Assembly (NCBI GenBank): GCA_000004985.1
Contig: GG738869.1
DNA from: Naegleria gruberi
Lineage: Eukaryota
Length of the DNA stretch: 64,000 nt
Reading direction: 5' to 3' (one strand)
Under the pieces are notes generated by a model that saw nothing but the letters and a program-made list of their open reading frames with translations, was not told the origin of the DNA and searched no databases. Position 1 is the first letter of the stretch; the number at the start of each line of letters is the position of its first letter. Below, piece after piece: positions 24,001-36,000 of the stretch. The translations under genes and the position numbers were made by a program.

Positions 24001-27000
24001 NNNNNNNNNNNNNNNNNNNNNNNNNNNNNNNNNNNNNNNNNNNNNNNNNNNNNNNNNNNNNNNNNNNNNNNNNNNNNNNNNNNNNNNNNNNNNNNNNNNN
24101 NNNNNNNNNNNNNNNNNNNNNNNNNNNNNNNNNNNNNNNNNNNNNNNNNNNNNNNNNNNNNNNNNNNNNNNNNNNNNNNNNNNNNNNNNNNNNNNNNNNN
24201 NNNNNNNNNNNNNNNNNNNNNNNNNNNNNNNNNNNNNNNNNNNNNNNNNNNNNNNNNNNNNNNNNNNNNNNNNNNNNNNNNNNNNNNNNNNNNNNNNNNN
24301 NNNNNNNNNNNNNNNNNNNNNNNNNNNNNNNNNNNNNNNNNNNNNNNNNNNNNNNNNNNNNNNNNNNNNNNNNNNNNNNNNNNNNNNNNNNNNNNNNNNN
24401 NNNNNNNNNNNNNNNNNNNNNNNNNNNNNNNNNNNNNNNNNNNNNNNNNNNNNNNNNNNNNNNNNNNNNNNNNNNNNNNNNNNNNNNNNNNNNNNNNNNN
24501 NNNNNNNNNNNNNNNNNNNNNNNNNNNNNNNNNNNNNNNNNNNNNNNNNNNNNNNNNNNNNNNNNNNNNNNNNNNNNNNNNNNNNNNNNNNNNNNNNNNN
24601 NNNNNNNNNNNNNNNNNNNNNNNNNNNNNNNNNNNNNNNNNNNNNNNNNNNNNNNNNNNNNNNNNNNNNNNNNNNNNNNNNNNNNNNNNNNNNNNNNNNN
24701 NNNNNNNNNNNNNNNNNNNNNNNNNNNNNNNNNNNNNNNNNNNNNNNNNNNNNNNNNNNNNNNNNNNNNNNNNNNNNNNNNNNNNNNNNNNNNNNNNNNN
24801 NNNNNNNNNNNNNNNNNNNNNNNNNNNNNNNNNNNNNNNNNNNNNNNNNNNNNNNNNNNNNNNNNNNNNNNNNNNNNNNNNNNNNNNNNNNNNNNNNNNN
24901 NNNNNNNNNNNNNNNNNNNNNNNNNNNNNNNNNNNNNNNNNNNNNNNNNNNNNNNNNNNNNNNNNNNNNNNNNNNNNNNNNNNNNNNNNNNNNNNNNNNN
25001 NNNNNNNNNNNNNNNNNNNNNNNNNNNNNNNNNNNNNNNNNNNNNNNNNNNNNNNNNNNNNNNNNNNNNNNNNNNNNNNNNNNNNNNNNNNNNNNNNNNN
25101 NNNNNNNNNNNNNNNNNNNNNNNNNNNNNNNNNNNNNNNNNNNNNNNNNNNNNNNNNNNNNNNNNNNNNNNNNNNNNNNNNNNNNNNNNNNNNNNNNNNN
25201 NNNNNNNNNNNNNNNNNNNNNNNNNNNNNNNNNNNNNNNNNNNNNNNNNNNNNNNNNNNNNNNNNNNNNNNNNNNNNNNNNNNNNNNNNNNNNNNNNNNN
25301 NNNNNNNNNNNNNNNNNNNNNNNNNNNNNNNNNNNNNNNNNNNNNNNNNNNNNNNNNNNNNNNNNNNNNNNNNNNNNNNNNNNNNNNNNNNNNNNNNNNN
25401 NNNNNNNNNNNNNNNNNNNNNNNNNNNNNNNNNNNNNNNNNNNNNNNNNNNNNNNNNNNNNNNNNNNNNNNNNNNNNNNNNNNNNNNNNNNNNNNNNNNN
25501 NNNNNNNNNNNNNNNNNNNNNNNNNNNNNNNNNNNNNNNNNNNNNNNNNNNNNNNNNNNNNNNNNNNNNNNNNNNNNNNNNNNNNNNNNNNNNNNNNNNN
25601 NNNNNNNNNNNNNNNNNNNNNNNNNNNNNNNNNNNNNNNNNNNNNNNNNNNNNNNNNNNNNNNNNNNNNNNNNNNNNNNNNNNNNNNNNNNNNNNNNNNN
25701 NNNNNNNNNNNNNNNNNNNNNNNNNNNNNNNNNNNNNNNNNNNNNNNNNNNNNNNNNNNNNNNNNNNNNNNNNNNNNNNNNNNNNNNNNNNNNNNNNNNN
25801 NNNNNNNNNNNNNNNNNNNNNNNNNNNNNNNNNNNNNNNNNNNNNNNNNNNNNNNNNNNNNNNNNNNNNNNNNNNNNNNNNNNNNNNNNNNNNNNNNNNN
25901 NNNNNNNNNNNNNNNNNNNNNNNNNNNNNNNNNNNNNNNNNNNNNNNNNNNNNNNNNNNNNNNNNNNNNNNNNNNNNNNNNNNNNNNNNNNNNNNNNNNN
26001 NNNNNNNNNNNNNNNNNNNNNNNNNNNNNNNNNNNNNNNNNNNNNNNNNNNNNNNNNNNNNNNNNNNNNNNNNNNNNNNNNNNNNNNNNNNNNNNNNNNN
26101 NNNNNNNNNNNNNNNNNNNNNNNNNNNNNNNNNNNNNNNNNNNNNNNNNNNNNNNNNNNNNNNNNNNNNNNNNNNNNNNNNNNNNNNNNNNNNNNNNNNN
26201 NNNNNNNNNNNNNNNNNNNNNNNNNNNNNNNNNNNNNNNNNNNNNNNNNNNNNNNNNNNNNNNNNNNNNNNNNNNNNNNNNNNNNNNNNNNNNNNNNNNN
26301 NNNNNNNNNNNNNNNNNNNNNNNNNNNNNNNNNNNNNNNNNNNNNNNNNNNNNNNNNNNNNNNNNNNNNNNNNNNNNNNNNNNNNNNNNNNNNNNNNNNN
26401 NNNNNNNNNNNNNNNNNNNNNNNNNNNNNNNNNNNNNNNNNNNNNNNNNNNNNNNNNNNNNNNNNNNNNNNNNNNNNNNNNNNNNNNNNNNNNNNNNNNN
26501 NNNNNNNNNNNNNNNNNNNNNNNNNNNNNNNNNNNNNNNNNNNNNNNNNNNNNNNNNNNNNNNNNNNNNNNNNNNNNNNNNNNNNNNNNNNNNNNNNNNN
26601 NNNNNNNNNNNNNNNNNNNNNNNNNNNNNNNNNNNNNNNNNNNNNNNNNNNNNNNNNNNNNNNNNNNNNNNNNNNNNNNNNNNNNNNNNNNNNNNNNNNN
26701 NNNNNNNNNNNNNNNNNNNNNNNNNNNNNNNNNNNNNNNNNNNNNNNNNNNNNNNNNNNNNNNNNNNNNNNNNNNNNNNNNNNNNNNNNNNNNNNNNNNN
26801 NNNNNNNNNNNNNNNNNNNNNNNNNNNNNNNNNNNNNNNNNNNNNNNNNNNNNNNNNNNNNNNNNNNNNNNNNNNNNNNNNNNNNNNNNNNNNNNNNNNN
26901 NNNNNNNNNNNNNNNNNNNNNNNNNNNNNNNNNNNNNNNNNNNNNNNNNNNNNNNNNNNNNNNNNNNNNNNNNNNNNNNNNNNNNNNNNNNNNNNNNNNN

Positions 27001-30000
27001 NNNNNNNNNNNNNNNNNNNNNNNNNNNNNNNNNNNNNNNNNNNNNNNNNNNNNNNNNNNNNNNNNNNNNNNNNNNNNNNNNNNNNNNNNNNNNNNNNNNN
27101 NNNNNNNNNNNNNNNNNNNNNNNNNNNNNNNNNNNNNNNNNNNNNNNNNNNNNNNNNNNNNNNNNNNNNNNNNNNNNNNNNNNNNNNNNNNNNNNNNNNN
27201 NNNNNNNNNNNNNNNNNNNNNNNNNNNNNNNNNNNNNNNNNNNNNNNNNNNNNNNNNNNNNNNNNNNNNNNNNNNNNNNNNNNNNNNNNNNNNNNNNNNN
27301 NNNNNNNNNNNNNNNNNNNNNNNNNNNNNNNNNNNNNNNNNNNNNNNNNNNNNNNNNNNNNNNNNNNNNNNNNNNNNNNNNNNNNNNNNNNNNNNNNNNN
27401 NNNNNNNNNNNNNNNNNNNNNNNNNNNNNNNNNNNNNNNNNNNNNNNNNNNNNNNNNNNNNNNNNNNNNNNNNNNNNNNNNNNNNNNNNNNNNNNNNNNN
27501 NNNNNNNNNNNNNNNNNNNNNNNNNNNNNNNNNNNNNNNNNNNNNNNNNNNNNNNNNNNNNNNNNNNNNNNNNNNNNNNNNNNNNNNNNNNNNNNNNNNN
27601 NNNNNNNNNNNNNNNNNNNNNNNNNNNNNNNNNNNNNNNNNNNNNNNNNNNNNNNNNNNNNNNNNNNNNNNNNNNNNNNNNNNNNNNNNNNNNNNNNNNN
27701 NNNNNNNNNNNNNNNNNNNNNNNNNNNNNNNNNNNNNNNNNNNNNNNNNNNNNNNNNNNNNNNNNNNNNNNNNNNNNNNNNNNNNNNNNNNNNNNNNNNN
27801 NNNNNNNNNNNNNNNNNNNNNNNNNNNNNNNNNNNNNNNNNNNNNNNNNNNNNNNNNNNNNNNNNNNNNNNNNNNNNNNNNNNNNNNNNNNNNNNNNNNN
27901 NNNNNNNNNNNNNNNNNNNNNNNNNNNNNNNNNNNNNNNNNNNNNNNNNNNNNNNNNNNNNNNNNNNNNNNNNNNNNNNNNNNNNNNNNNNNNNNNNNNN
28001 NNNNNNNNNNNNNNNNNNNNNNNNNNNNNNNNNNNNNNNNNNNNNNNNNNNNNNNNNNNNNNNNNNNNNNNNNNNNNNNNNNNNNNNNNNNNNNNNNNNN
28101 NNNNNNNNNNNNNNNNNNNNNNNNNNNNNNNNNNNNNNNNNNNNNNNNNNNNNNNNNNNNNNNNNNNNNNNNNNNNNNNNNNNNNNNNNNNNNNNNNNNN
28201 NNNNNNNNNNNNNNNNNNNNNNNNNNNNNNNNNNNNNNNNNNNNNNNNNNNNNNNNNNNNNNNNNNNNNNNNNNNNNNNNNNNNNNNNNNNNNNNNNNNN
28301 NNNNNNNNNNNNNNNNNNNNNNNNNNNNNNNNNNNNNNNNNNNNNNNNNNNNNNNNNNNNNNNNNNNNNNNNNNNNNNNNNNNNNNNNNNNNNNNNNNNN
28401 NNNNNNNNNNNNNNNNNNNNNNNNNNNNNNNNNNNNNNNNNNNNNNNNNNNNNNNNNNNNNNNNNNNNNNNNNNNNNNNNNNNNNNNNNNNNNNNNNNNN
28501 NNNNNNNNNNNNNNNNNNNNNNNNNNNNNNNNNNNNNNNNNNNNNNNNNNNNNNNNNNNNNNNNNNNNNNNNNNNNNNNNNNNNNNNNNNNNNNNNNNNN
28601 NNNNNNNNNNNNNNNNNNNNNNNNNNNNNNNNNNNNNNNNNNNNNNNNNNNNNNNNNNNNNNNNNNNNNNNNNNNNNNNNNNNNNNNNNNNNNNNNNNNN
28701 NNNNNNNNNNNNNNNNNNNNNNNNNNNNNNNNNNNNNNNNNNNNNNNNNNNNNNNNNNNNNNNNNNNNNNNNNNNNNNNNNNNNNNNNNNNNNNNNNNNN
28801 NNNNNNNNNNNNNNNNNNNNNNNNNNNNNNNNNNNNNNNNNNNNNNNNNNNNNNNNNNNNNNNNNNNNNNNNNNNNNNNNNNNNNNNNNNNNNNNNNNNN
28901 NNNNNNNNNNNNNNNNNNNNNNNNNNNNNNNNNNNNNNNNNNNNNNNNNNNNNNNNNNNNNNNNNNNNNNNNNNNNNNNNNNNNNNNNNNNNNNNNNNNN
29001 NNNNNNNNNNNNNNNNNNNNNNNNNNNNNNNNNNNNNNNNNNNNNNNNNNNNNNNNNNNNNNNNNNNNNNNNNNNNNNNNNNNNNNNNNNNNNNNNNNNN
29101 NNNNNNNNNNNNNNNNNNNNNNNNNNNNNNNNNNNNNNNNNNNNNNNNNNNNNNNNNNNNNNNNNNNNNNNNNNNNNNNNNNNNNNNNNNNNNNNNNNNN
29201 NNNNNNNNNNNNNNNNNNNNNNNNNNNNNNNNNNNNNNNNNNNNNNNNNNNNNNNNNNNNNNNNNNNNNNNNNNNNNNNNNNNNNNNNNNNNNNNNNNNN
29301 NNNNNNNNNNNNNNNNNNNNNNNNNNNNNNNNNNNNNNNNNNNNNNNNNNNNNNNNNNNNNNNNNNNNNNNNNNNNNNNNNNNNNNNNNNNNNNNNNNNN
29401 NNNNNNNNNNNNNNNNNNNNNNNNNNNNNNNNNNNNNNNNNNNNNNNNNNNNNNNNNNNNNNNNNNNNNNNNNNNNNNNNNNNNNNNNNNNNNNNNNNNN
29501 NNNNNNNNNNNNNNNNNNNNNNNNNNNNNNNNNNNNNNNNNNNNNNNNNNNNNNNNNNNNNNNNNNNNNNNNNNNNNNNNNNNNNNNNNNNNNNNNNNNN
29601 NNNNNNNNNNNNNNNNNNNNNNNNNNNNNNNNNNNNNNNNNNNNNNNNNNNNNNNNNNNNNNNNNNNNNNNNNNNNNNNNNNNNNNNNNNNNNNNNNNNN
29701 NNNNNNNNNNNNNNNNNNNNNNNNNNNNNNNNNNNNNNNNNNNNNNNNNNNNNNNNNNNNNNNNNNNNNNNNNNNNNNNNNNNNNNNNNNNNNNNNNNNN
29801 NNNNNNNNNNNNNNNNNNNNNNNNNNNNNNNNNNNNNNNNNNNNNNNNNNNNNNNNNNNNNNNNNNNNNNNNNNNNNNNNNNNNNNNNNNNNNNNNNNNN
29901 NNNNNNNNNNNNNNNNNNNNNNNNNNNNNNNNNNNNNNNNNNNNNNNNNNNNNNNNNNNNNNNNNNNNNNNNNNNNNNNNNNNNNNNNNNNNNNNNNNNN

Positions 30001-33000
30001 NNNNNNNNNNNNNNNNNNNNNNNNNNNNNNNNNNNNNNNNNNNNNNNNNNNNNNNNNNNNNNNNNNNNNNNNNNNNNNNNNNNNNNNNNNNNNNNNNNNN
30101 NNNNNNNNNNNNNNNNNNNNNNNNNNNNNNNNNNNNNNNNNNNNNNNNNNNNNNNNNNNNNNNNNNNNNNNNNNNNNNNNNNNNNNNNNNNNNNNNNNNN
30201 NNNNNNNNNNNNNNNNNNNNNNNNNNNNNNNNNNNNNNNNNNNNNNNNNNNNNNNNNNNNNNNNNNNNNNNNNNNNNNNNNNNNNNNNNNNNNNNNNNNN
30301 NNNNNNNNNNNNNNNNNNNNNNNNNNNNNNNNNNNNNNNNNNNNNNNNNNNNNNNNNNNNNNNNNNNNNNNNNNNNNNNNNNNNNNNNNNNNNNNNNNNN
30401 NNNNNNNNNNNNNNNNNNNNNNNNNNNNNNNNNNNNNNNNNNNNNNNNNNNNNNNNNNNNNNNNNNNNNNNNNNNNNNNNNNNNNNNNNNNNNNNNNNNN
30501 NNNNNNNNNNNNNNNNNNNNNNNNNNNNNNNNNNNNNNNNNNNNNNNNNNNNNNNNNNNNNNNNNNNNNNNNNNNNNNNNNNNNNNNNNNNNNNNNNNNN
30601 NNNNNNNNNNNNNNNNNNNNNNNNNNNNNNNNNNNNNNNNNNNNNNNNNNNNNNNNNNNNNNNNNNNNNNNNNNNNNNNNNNNNNNNNNNNNNNNNNNNN
30701 NNNNNNNNNNNNNNNNNNNNNNNNNNNNNNNNNNNNNNNNNNNNNNNNNNNNNNNNNNNNNNNNNNNNNNNNNNNNNNNNNNNNNNNNNNNNNNNNNNNN
30801 NNNNNNNNNNNNNNNNNNNNNNNNNNNNNNNNNNNNNNNNNNNNNNNNNNNNNNNNNNNNNNNNNNNNNNNNNNNNNNNNNNNNNNNNNNNNNNNNNNNN
30901 NNNNNNNNNNNNNNNNNNNNNNNNNNNNNNNNNNNNNNNNNNNNNNNNNNNNNNNNNNNNNNNNNNNNNNNNNNNNNNNNNNNNNNNNNNNNNNNNNNNN
31001 NNNNNNNNNNNNNNNNNNNNNNNNNNNNNNNNNNNNNNNNNNNNNNNNNNNNNNNNNNNNNNNNNNNNNNNNNNNNNNNNNNNNNNNNNNNNNNNNNNNN
31101 NNNNNNNNNNNNNNNNNNNNNNNNNNNNNNNNNNNNNNNNNNNNNNNNNNNNNNNNNNNNNNNNNNNNNNNNNNNNNNNNNNNNNNNNNNNNNNNNNNNN
31201 NNNNNNNNNNNNNNNNNNNNNNNNNNNNNNNNNNNNNNNNNNNNNNNNNNNNNNNNNNNNNNNNNNNNNNNNNNNNNNNNNNNNNNNNNNNNNNNNNNNN
31301 NNNNNNNNNNNNNNNNNNNNNNNNNNNNNNNNNNNNNNNNNNNNNNNNNNNNNNNNNNNNNNNNNNNNNNNNNNNNNNNNNNNNNNNNNNNNNNNNNNNN
31401 NNNNNNNNNNNNNNNNNNNNNNNNNNNNNNNNNNNNNNNNNNNNNNNNNNNNNNNNNNNNNNNNNNNNNNNNNNNNNNNNNNNNNNNNNNNNNNNNNNNN
31501 NNNNNNNNNNNNNNNNNNNNNNNNNNNNNNNNNNNNNNNNNNNNNNNNNNNNNNNNNNNNNNNNNNNNNNNNNNNNNNNNNNNNNNNNNNNNNNNNNNNN
31601 NNNNNNNNNNNNNNNNNNNNNNNNNNNNNNNNNNNNNNNNNNNNNNNNNNNNNNNNNNNNNNNNNNNNNNNNNNNNNNNNNNNNNNNNNNNNNNNNNNNN
31701 NNNNNNNNNNNNNNNNNNNNNNNNNNNNNNNNNNNNNNNNNNNNNNNNNNNNNNNNNNNNNNNNNNNNNNNNNNNNNNNNNNNNNNNNNNNNNNNNNNNN
31801 NNNNNNNNNNNNNNNNNNNNNNNNNNNNNNNNNNNNNNNNNNNNNNNNNNNNNNNNNNNNNNNNNNNNNNNNNNNNNNNNNNNNNNNNNNNNNNNNNNNN
31901 NNNNNNNNNNNNNNNNNNNNNNNNNNNNNNNNNNNNNNNNNNNNNNNNNNNNNNNNNNNNNNNNNNNNNNNNNNNNNNNNNNNNNNNNNNNNNNNNNNNN
32001 NNNNNNNNNNNNNNNNNNNNNNNNNNNNNNNNNNNNNNNNNNNNNNNNNNNNNNNNNNNNNNNNNNNNNNNNNNNNNNNNNNNNNNNNNNNNNNNNNNNN
32101 NNNNNNNNNNNNNNNNNNNNNNNNNNNNNNNNNNNNNNNNNNNNNNNNNNNNNNNNNNNNNNNNNNNNNNNNNNNNNNNNNNNNNNNNNNNNNNNNNNNN
32201 NNNNNNNNNNNNNNNNNNNNNNNNNNNNNNNNNNNNNNNNNNNNNNNNNNNNNNNNNNNNNNNNNNNNNNNNNNNNNNNNNNNNNNNNNNNNNNNNNNNN
32301 NNNNNNNNNNNNNNNNNNNNNNNNNNNNNNNNNNNNNNNNNNNNNNNNNNNNNNNNNNNNNNNNNNNNNNNNNNNNNNNNNNNNNNNNNNNNNNNNNNNN
32401 NNNNNNNNNNNNNNNNNNNNNNNNNNNNNNNNNNNNNNNNNNNNNNNNNNNNNNNNNNNNNNNNNNNNNNNNNNNNNNNNNNNNNNNNNNNNNNNNNNNN
32501 NNNNNNNNNNNNNNNNNNNNNNNNNNNNNNNNNNNNNNNNNNNNNNNNNNNNNNNNNNNNNNNNNNNNNNNNNNNNNNNNNNNNNNNNNNNNNNNNNNNN
32601 NNNNNNNNNNNNNNNNNNNNNNNNNNNNNNNNNNNNNNNNNNNNNNNNNNNNNNNNNNNNNNNNNNNNNNNNNNNNNNNNNNNNNNNNNNNNNNNNNNNN
32701 NNNNNNNNNNNNNNNNNNNNNNNNNNNNNNNNNNNNNNNNNNNNNNNNNNNNNNNNNNNNNNNNNNNNNNNNNNNNNNNNNNNNNNNNNNNNNNNNNNNN
32801 NNNNNNNNNNNNNNNNNNNNNNNNNNNNNNNNNNNNNNNNNNNNNNNNNNNNNNNNNNNNNNNNNNNNNNNNNNNNNNNNNNNNNNNNNNNNNNNNNNNN
32901 NNNNNNNNNNNNNNNNNNNNNNNNNNNNNNNNNNNNNNNNNNNNNNNNNNNNNNNNNNNNNNNNNNNNNNNNNNNNNNNNNNNNNNNNNNNNNNNNNNNN

Positions 33001-36000
33001 NNNNNNNNNNNNNNNNNNNNNNNNNNNNNNNNNNNNNNNNNNNNNNNNNNNNNNNNNNNNNNNNNNNNNNNNNNNNNNNNNNNNNNNNNNNNNNNNNNNN
33101 NNNNNNNNNNNNNNNNNNNNNNNNNNNNNNNNNNNNNNNNNNNNNNNNNNNNNNNNNNNNNNNNNNNNNNNNNNNNNNNNNNNNNNNNNNNNNNNNNNNN
33201 NNNNNNNNNNNNNNNNNNNNNNNNNNNNNNNNNNNNNNNNNNNNNNNNNNNNNNNNNNNNNNNNNNNNNNNNNNNNNNNNNNNNNNNNNNNNNNNNNNNN
33301 NNNNNNNNNNNNNNNNNNNNNNNNNNNNNNNNNNNNNNNNNNNNNNNNNNNNNNNNNNNNNNNNNNNNNNNNNNNNNNNNNNNNNNNNNNNNNNNNNNNN
33401 NNNNNNNNNNNNNNNNNNNNNNNNNNNNNNNNNNNNNNNNNNNNNNNNNNNNNNNNNNNNNNNNNNNNNNNNNNNNNNNNNNNNNNNNNNNNNNNNNNNN
33501 NNNNNNNNNNNNNNNNNNNNNNNNNNNNNNNNNNNNNNNNNNNNNNNNNNNNNNNNNNNNNNNNNNNNNNNNNNNNNNNNNNNNNNNNNNNNNNNNNNNN
33601 NNNNNNNNNNNNNNNNNNNNNNNNNNNNNNNNNNNNNNNNNNNNNNNNNNNNNNNNNNNNNNNNNNNNNNNNNNNNNNNNNNNNNNNNNNNNNNNNNNNN
33701 NNNNNNNNNNNNNNNNNNNNNNNNNNNNNNNNNNNNNNNNNNNNNNNNNNNNNNNNNNNNNNNNNNNNNNNNNNNNNNNNNNNNNNNNNNNNNNNNNNNN
33801 NNNNNNNNNNNNNNNNNNNNNNNNNNNNNNNNNNNNNNNNNNNNNNNNNNNNNNNNNNNNNNNNNNNNNNNNNNNNNNNNNNNNNNNNNNNNNNNNNNNN
33901 NNNNNNNNNNNNNNNNNNNNNNNNNNNNNNNNNNNNNNNNNNNNNNNNNNNNNNNNNNNNNNNNNNNNNNNNNNNNNNNNNNNNNNNNNNNNNNNNNNNN
34001 NNNNNNNNNNNNNNNNNNNNNNNNNNNNNNNNNNNNNNNNNNNNNNNNNNNNNNNNNNNNNNNNNNNNNNNNNNNNNNNNNNNNNNNNNNNNNNNNNNNN
34101 NNNNNNNNNNNNNNNNNNNNNNNNNNNNNNNNNNNNNNNNNNNNNNNNNNNNNNNNNNNNNNNNNNNNNNNNNNNNNNNNNNNNNNNNNNNNNNNNNNNN
34201 NNNNNNNNNNNNNNNNNNNNNNNNNNNNNNNNNNNNNNNNNNNNNNNNNNNNNNNNNNNNNNNNNNNNNNNNNNNNNNNNNNNNNNNNNNNNNNNNNNNN
34301 NNNNNNNNNNNNNNNNNNNNNNNNNNNNNNNNNNNNNNNNNNNNNNNNNNNNNNNNNNNNNNNNNNNNNNNNNNNNNNNNNNNNNNNNNNNNNNNNNNNN
34401 NNNNNNNNNNNNNNNNNNNNNNNNNNNNNNNNNNNNNNNNNNNNNNNNNNNNNNNNNNNNNNNNNNNNNNNNNNNNNNNNNNNNNNNNNNNNNNNNNNNN
34501 NNNNNNNNNNNNNNNNNNNNNNNNNNNNNNNNNNNNNNNNNNNNNNNNNNNNNNNNNNNNNNNNNNNNNNNNNNNNNNNNNNNNNNNNNNNNNNNNNNNN
34601 NNNNNNNNNNNNNNNNNNNNNNNNNNNNNNNNNNNNNNNNNNNNNNNNNNNNNNNNNNNNNNNNNNNNNNNNNNNNNNNNNNNNNNNNNNNNNNNNNNNN
34701 NNNNNNNNNNNNNNNNNNNNNNNNNNNNNNNNNNNNNNNNNNNNNNNNNNNNNNNNNNNNNNNNNNNNNNNNNNNNNNNNNNNNNNNNNNNNNNNNNNNN
34801 NNNNNNNNNNNNNNNNNNNNNNNNNNNNNNNNNNNNNNNNNNNNNNNNNNNNNNNNNNNNNNNNNNNNNNNNNNNNNNNNNNNNNNNNNNNNNNNNNNNN
34901 NNNNNNNNNNNNNNNNNNNNNNNNNNNNNNNNNNNNNNNNNNNNNNNNNNNNNNNNNNNNNNNNNNNNNNNNNNNNNNNNNNNNNNNNNNNNNNNNNNNN
35001 NNNNNNNNNNNNNNNNNNNNNNNNNNNNNNNNNNNNNNNNNNNNNNNNNNNNNNNNNNNNNNNNNNNNNNNNNNNNNNNNNNNNNNNNNNNNNNNNNNNN
35101 NNNNNNNNNNNNNNNNNNNNNNNNNNNNNNNNNNNNNNNNNNNNNNNNNNNNNNNNNNNNNNNNNNNNNNNNNNNNNNNNNNNNNNNNNNNNNNNNNNNN
35201 NNNNNNNNNNNNNNNNNNNNNNNNNNNNNNNNNNNNNNNNNNNNNNNNNNNNNNNNNNNNNNNNNNNNNNNNNNNNNNNNNNNNNNNNNNNNNNNNNNNN
35301 NNNNNNNNNNNNNNNNNNNNNNNNNNNNNNNNNNNNNNNNNNNNNNNNNNNNNNNNNNNNNNNNNNNNNNNNNNNNNNNNNNNNNNNNNNNNNNNNNNNN
35401 NNNNNNNNNNNNNNNNNNNNNNNNNNNNNNNNNNNNNNNNNNNNNNNNNNNNNNNNNNNNNNNNNNNNNNNNNNNNNNNNNNNNNNNNNNNNNNNNNNNN
35501 NNNNNNNNNNNNNNNNNNNNNNNNNNNNNNNNNNNNNNNNNNNNNNNNNNNNNNNNNNNNNNNNNNNNNNNNNNNNNNNNNNNNNNNNNNNNNNNNNNNN
35601 NNNNNNNNNNNNNNNNNNNNNNNNNNNNNNNNNNNNNNNNNNNNNNNNNNNNNNNNNNNNNNNNNNNNNNNNNNNNNNNNNNNNNNNNNNNNNNNNNNNN
35701 NNNNNNNNNNNNNNNNNNNNNNNNNNNNNNNNNNNNNNNNNNNNNNNNNNNNNNNNNNNNNNNNNNNNNNNNNNNNNNNNNNNNNNNNNNNNNNNNNNNN
35801 NNNNNNNNNNNNNNNNNNNNNNNNNNNNNNNNNNNNNNNNNNNNNNNNNNNNNNNNNNNNNNNNNNNNNNNNNNNNNNNNNNNNNNNNNNNNNNNNNNNN
35901 NNNNNNNNNNNNNNNNNNNNNNNNNNNNNNNNNNNNNNNNNNNNNNNNNNNNNNNNNNNNNNNNNNNNNNNNNNNNNNNNNNNNNNNNNNNNNNNNNNNN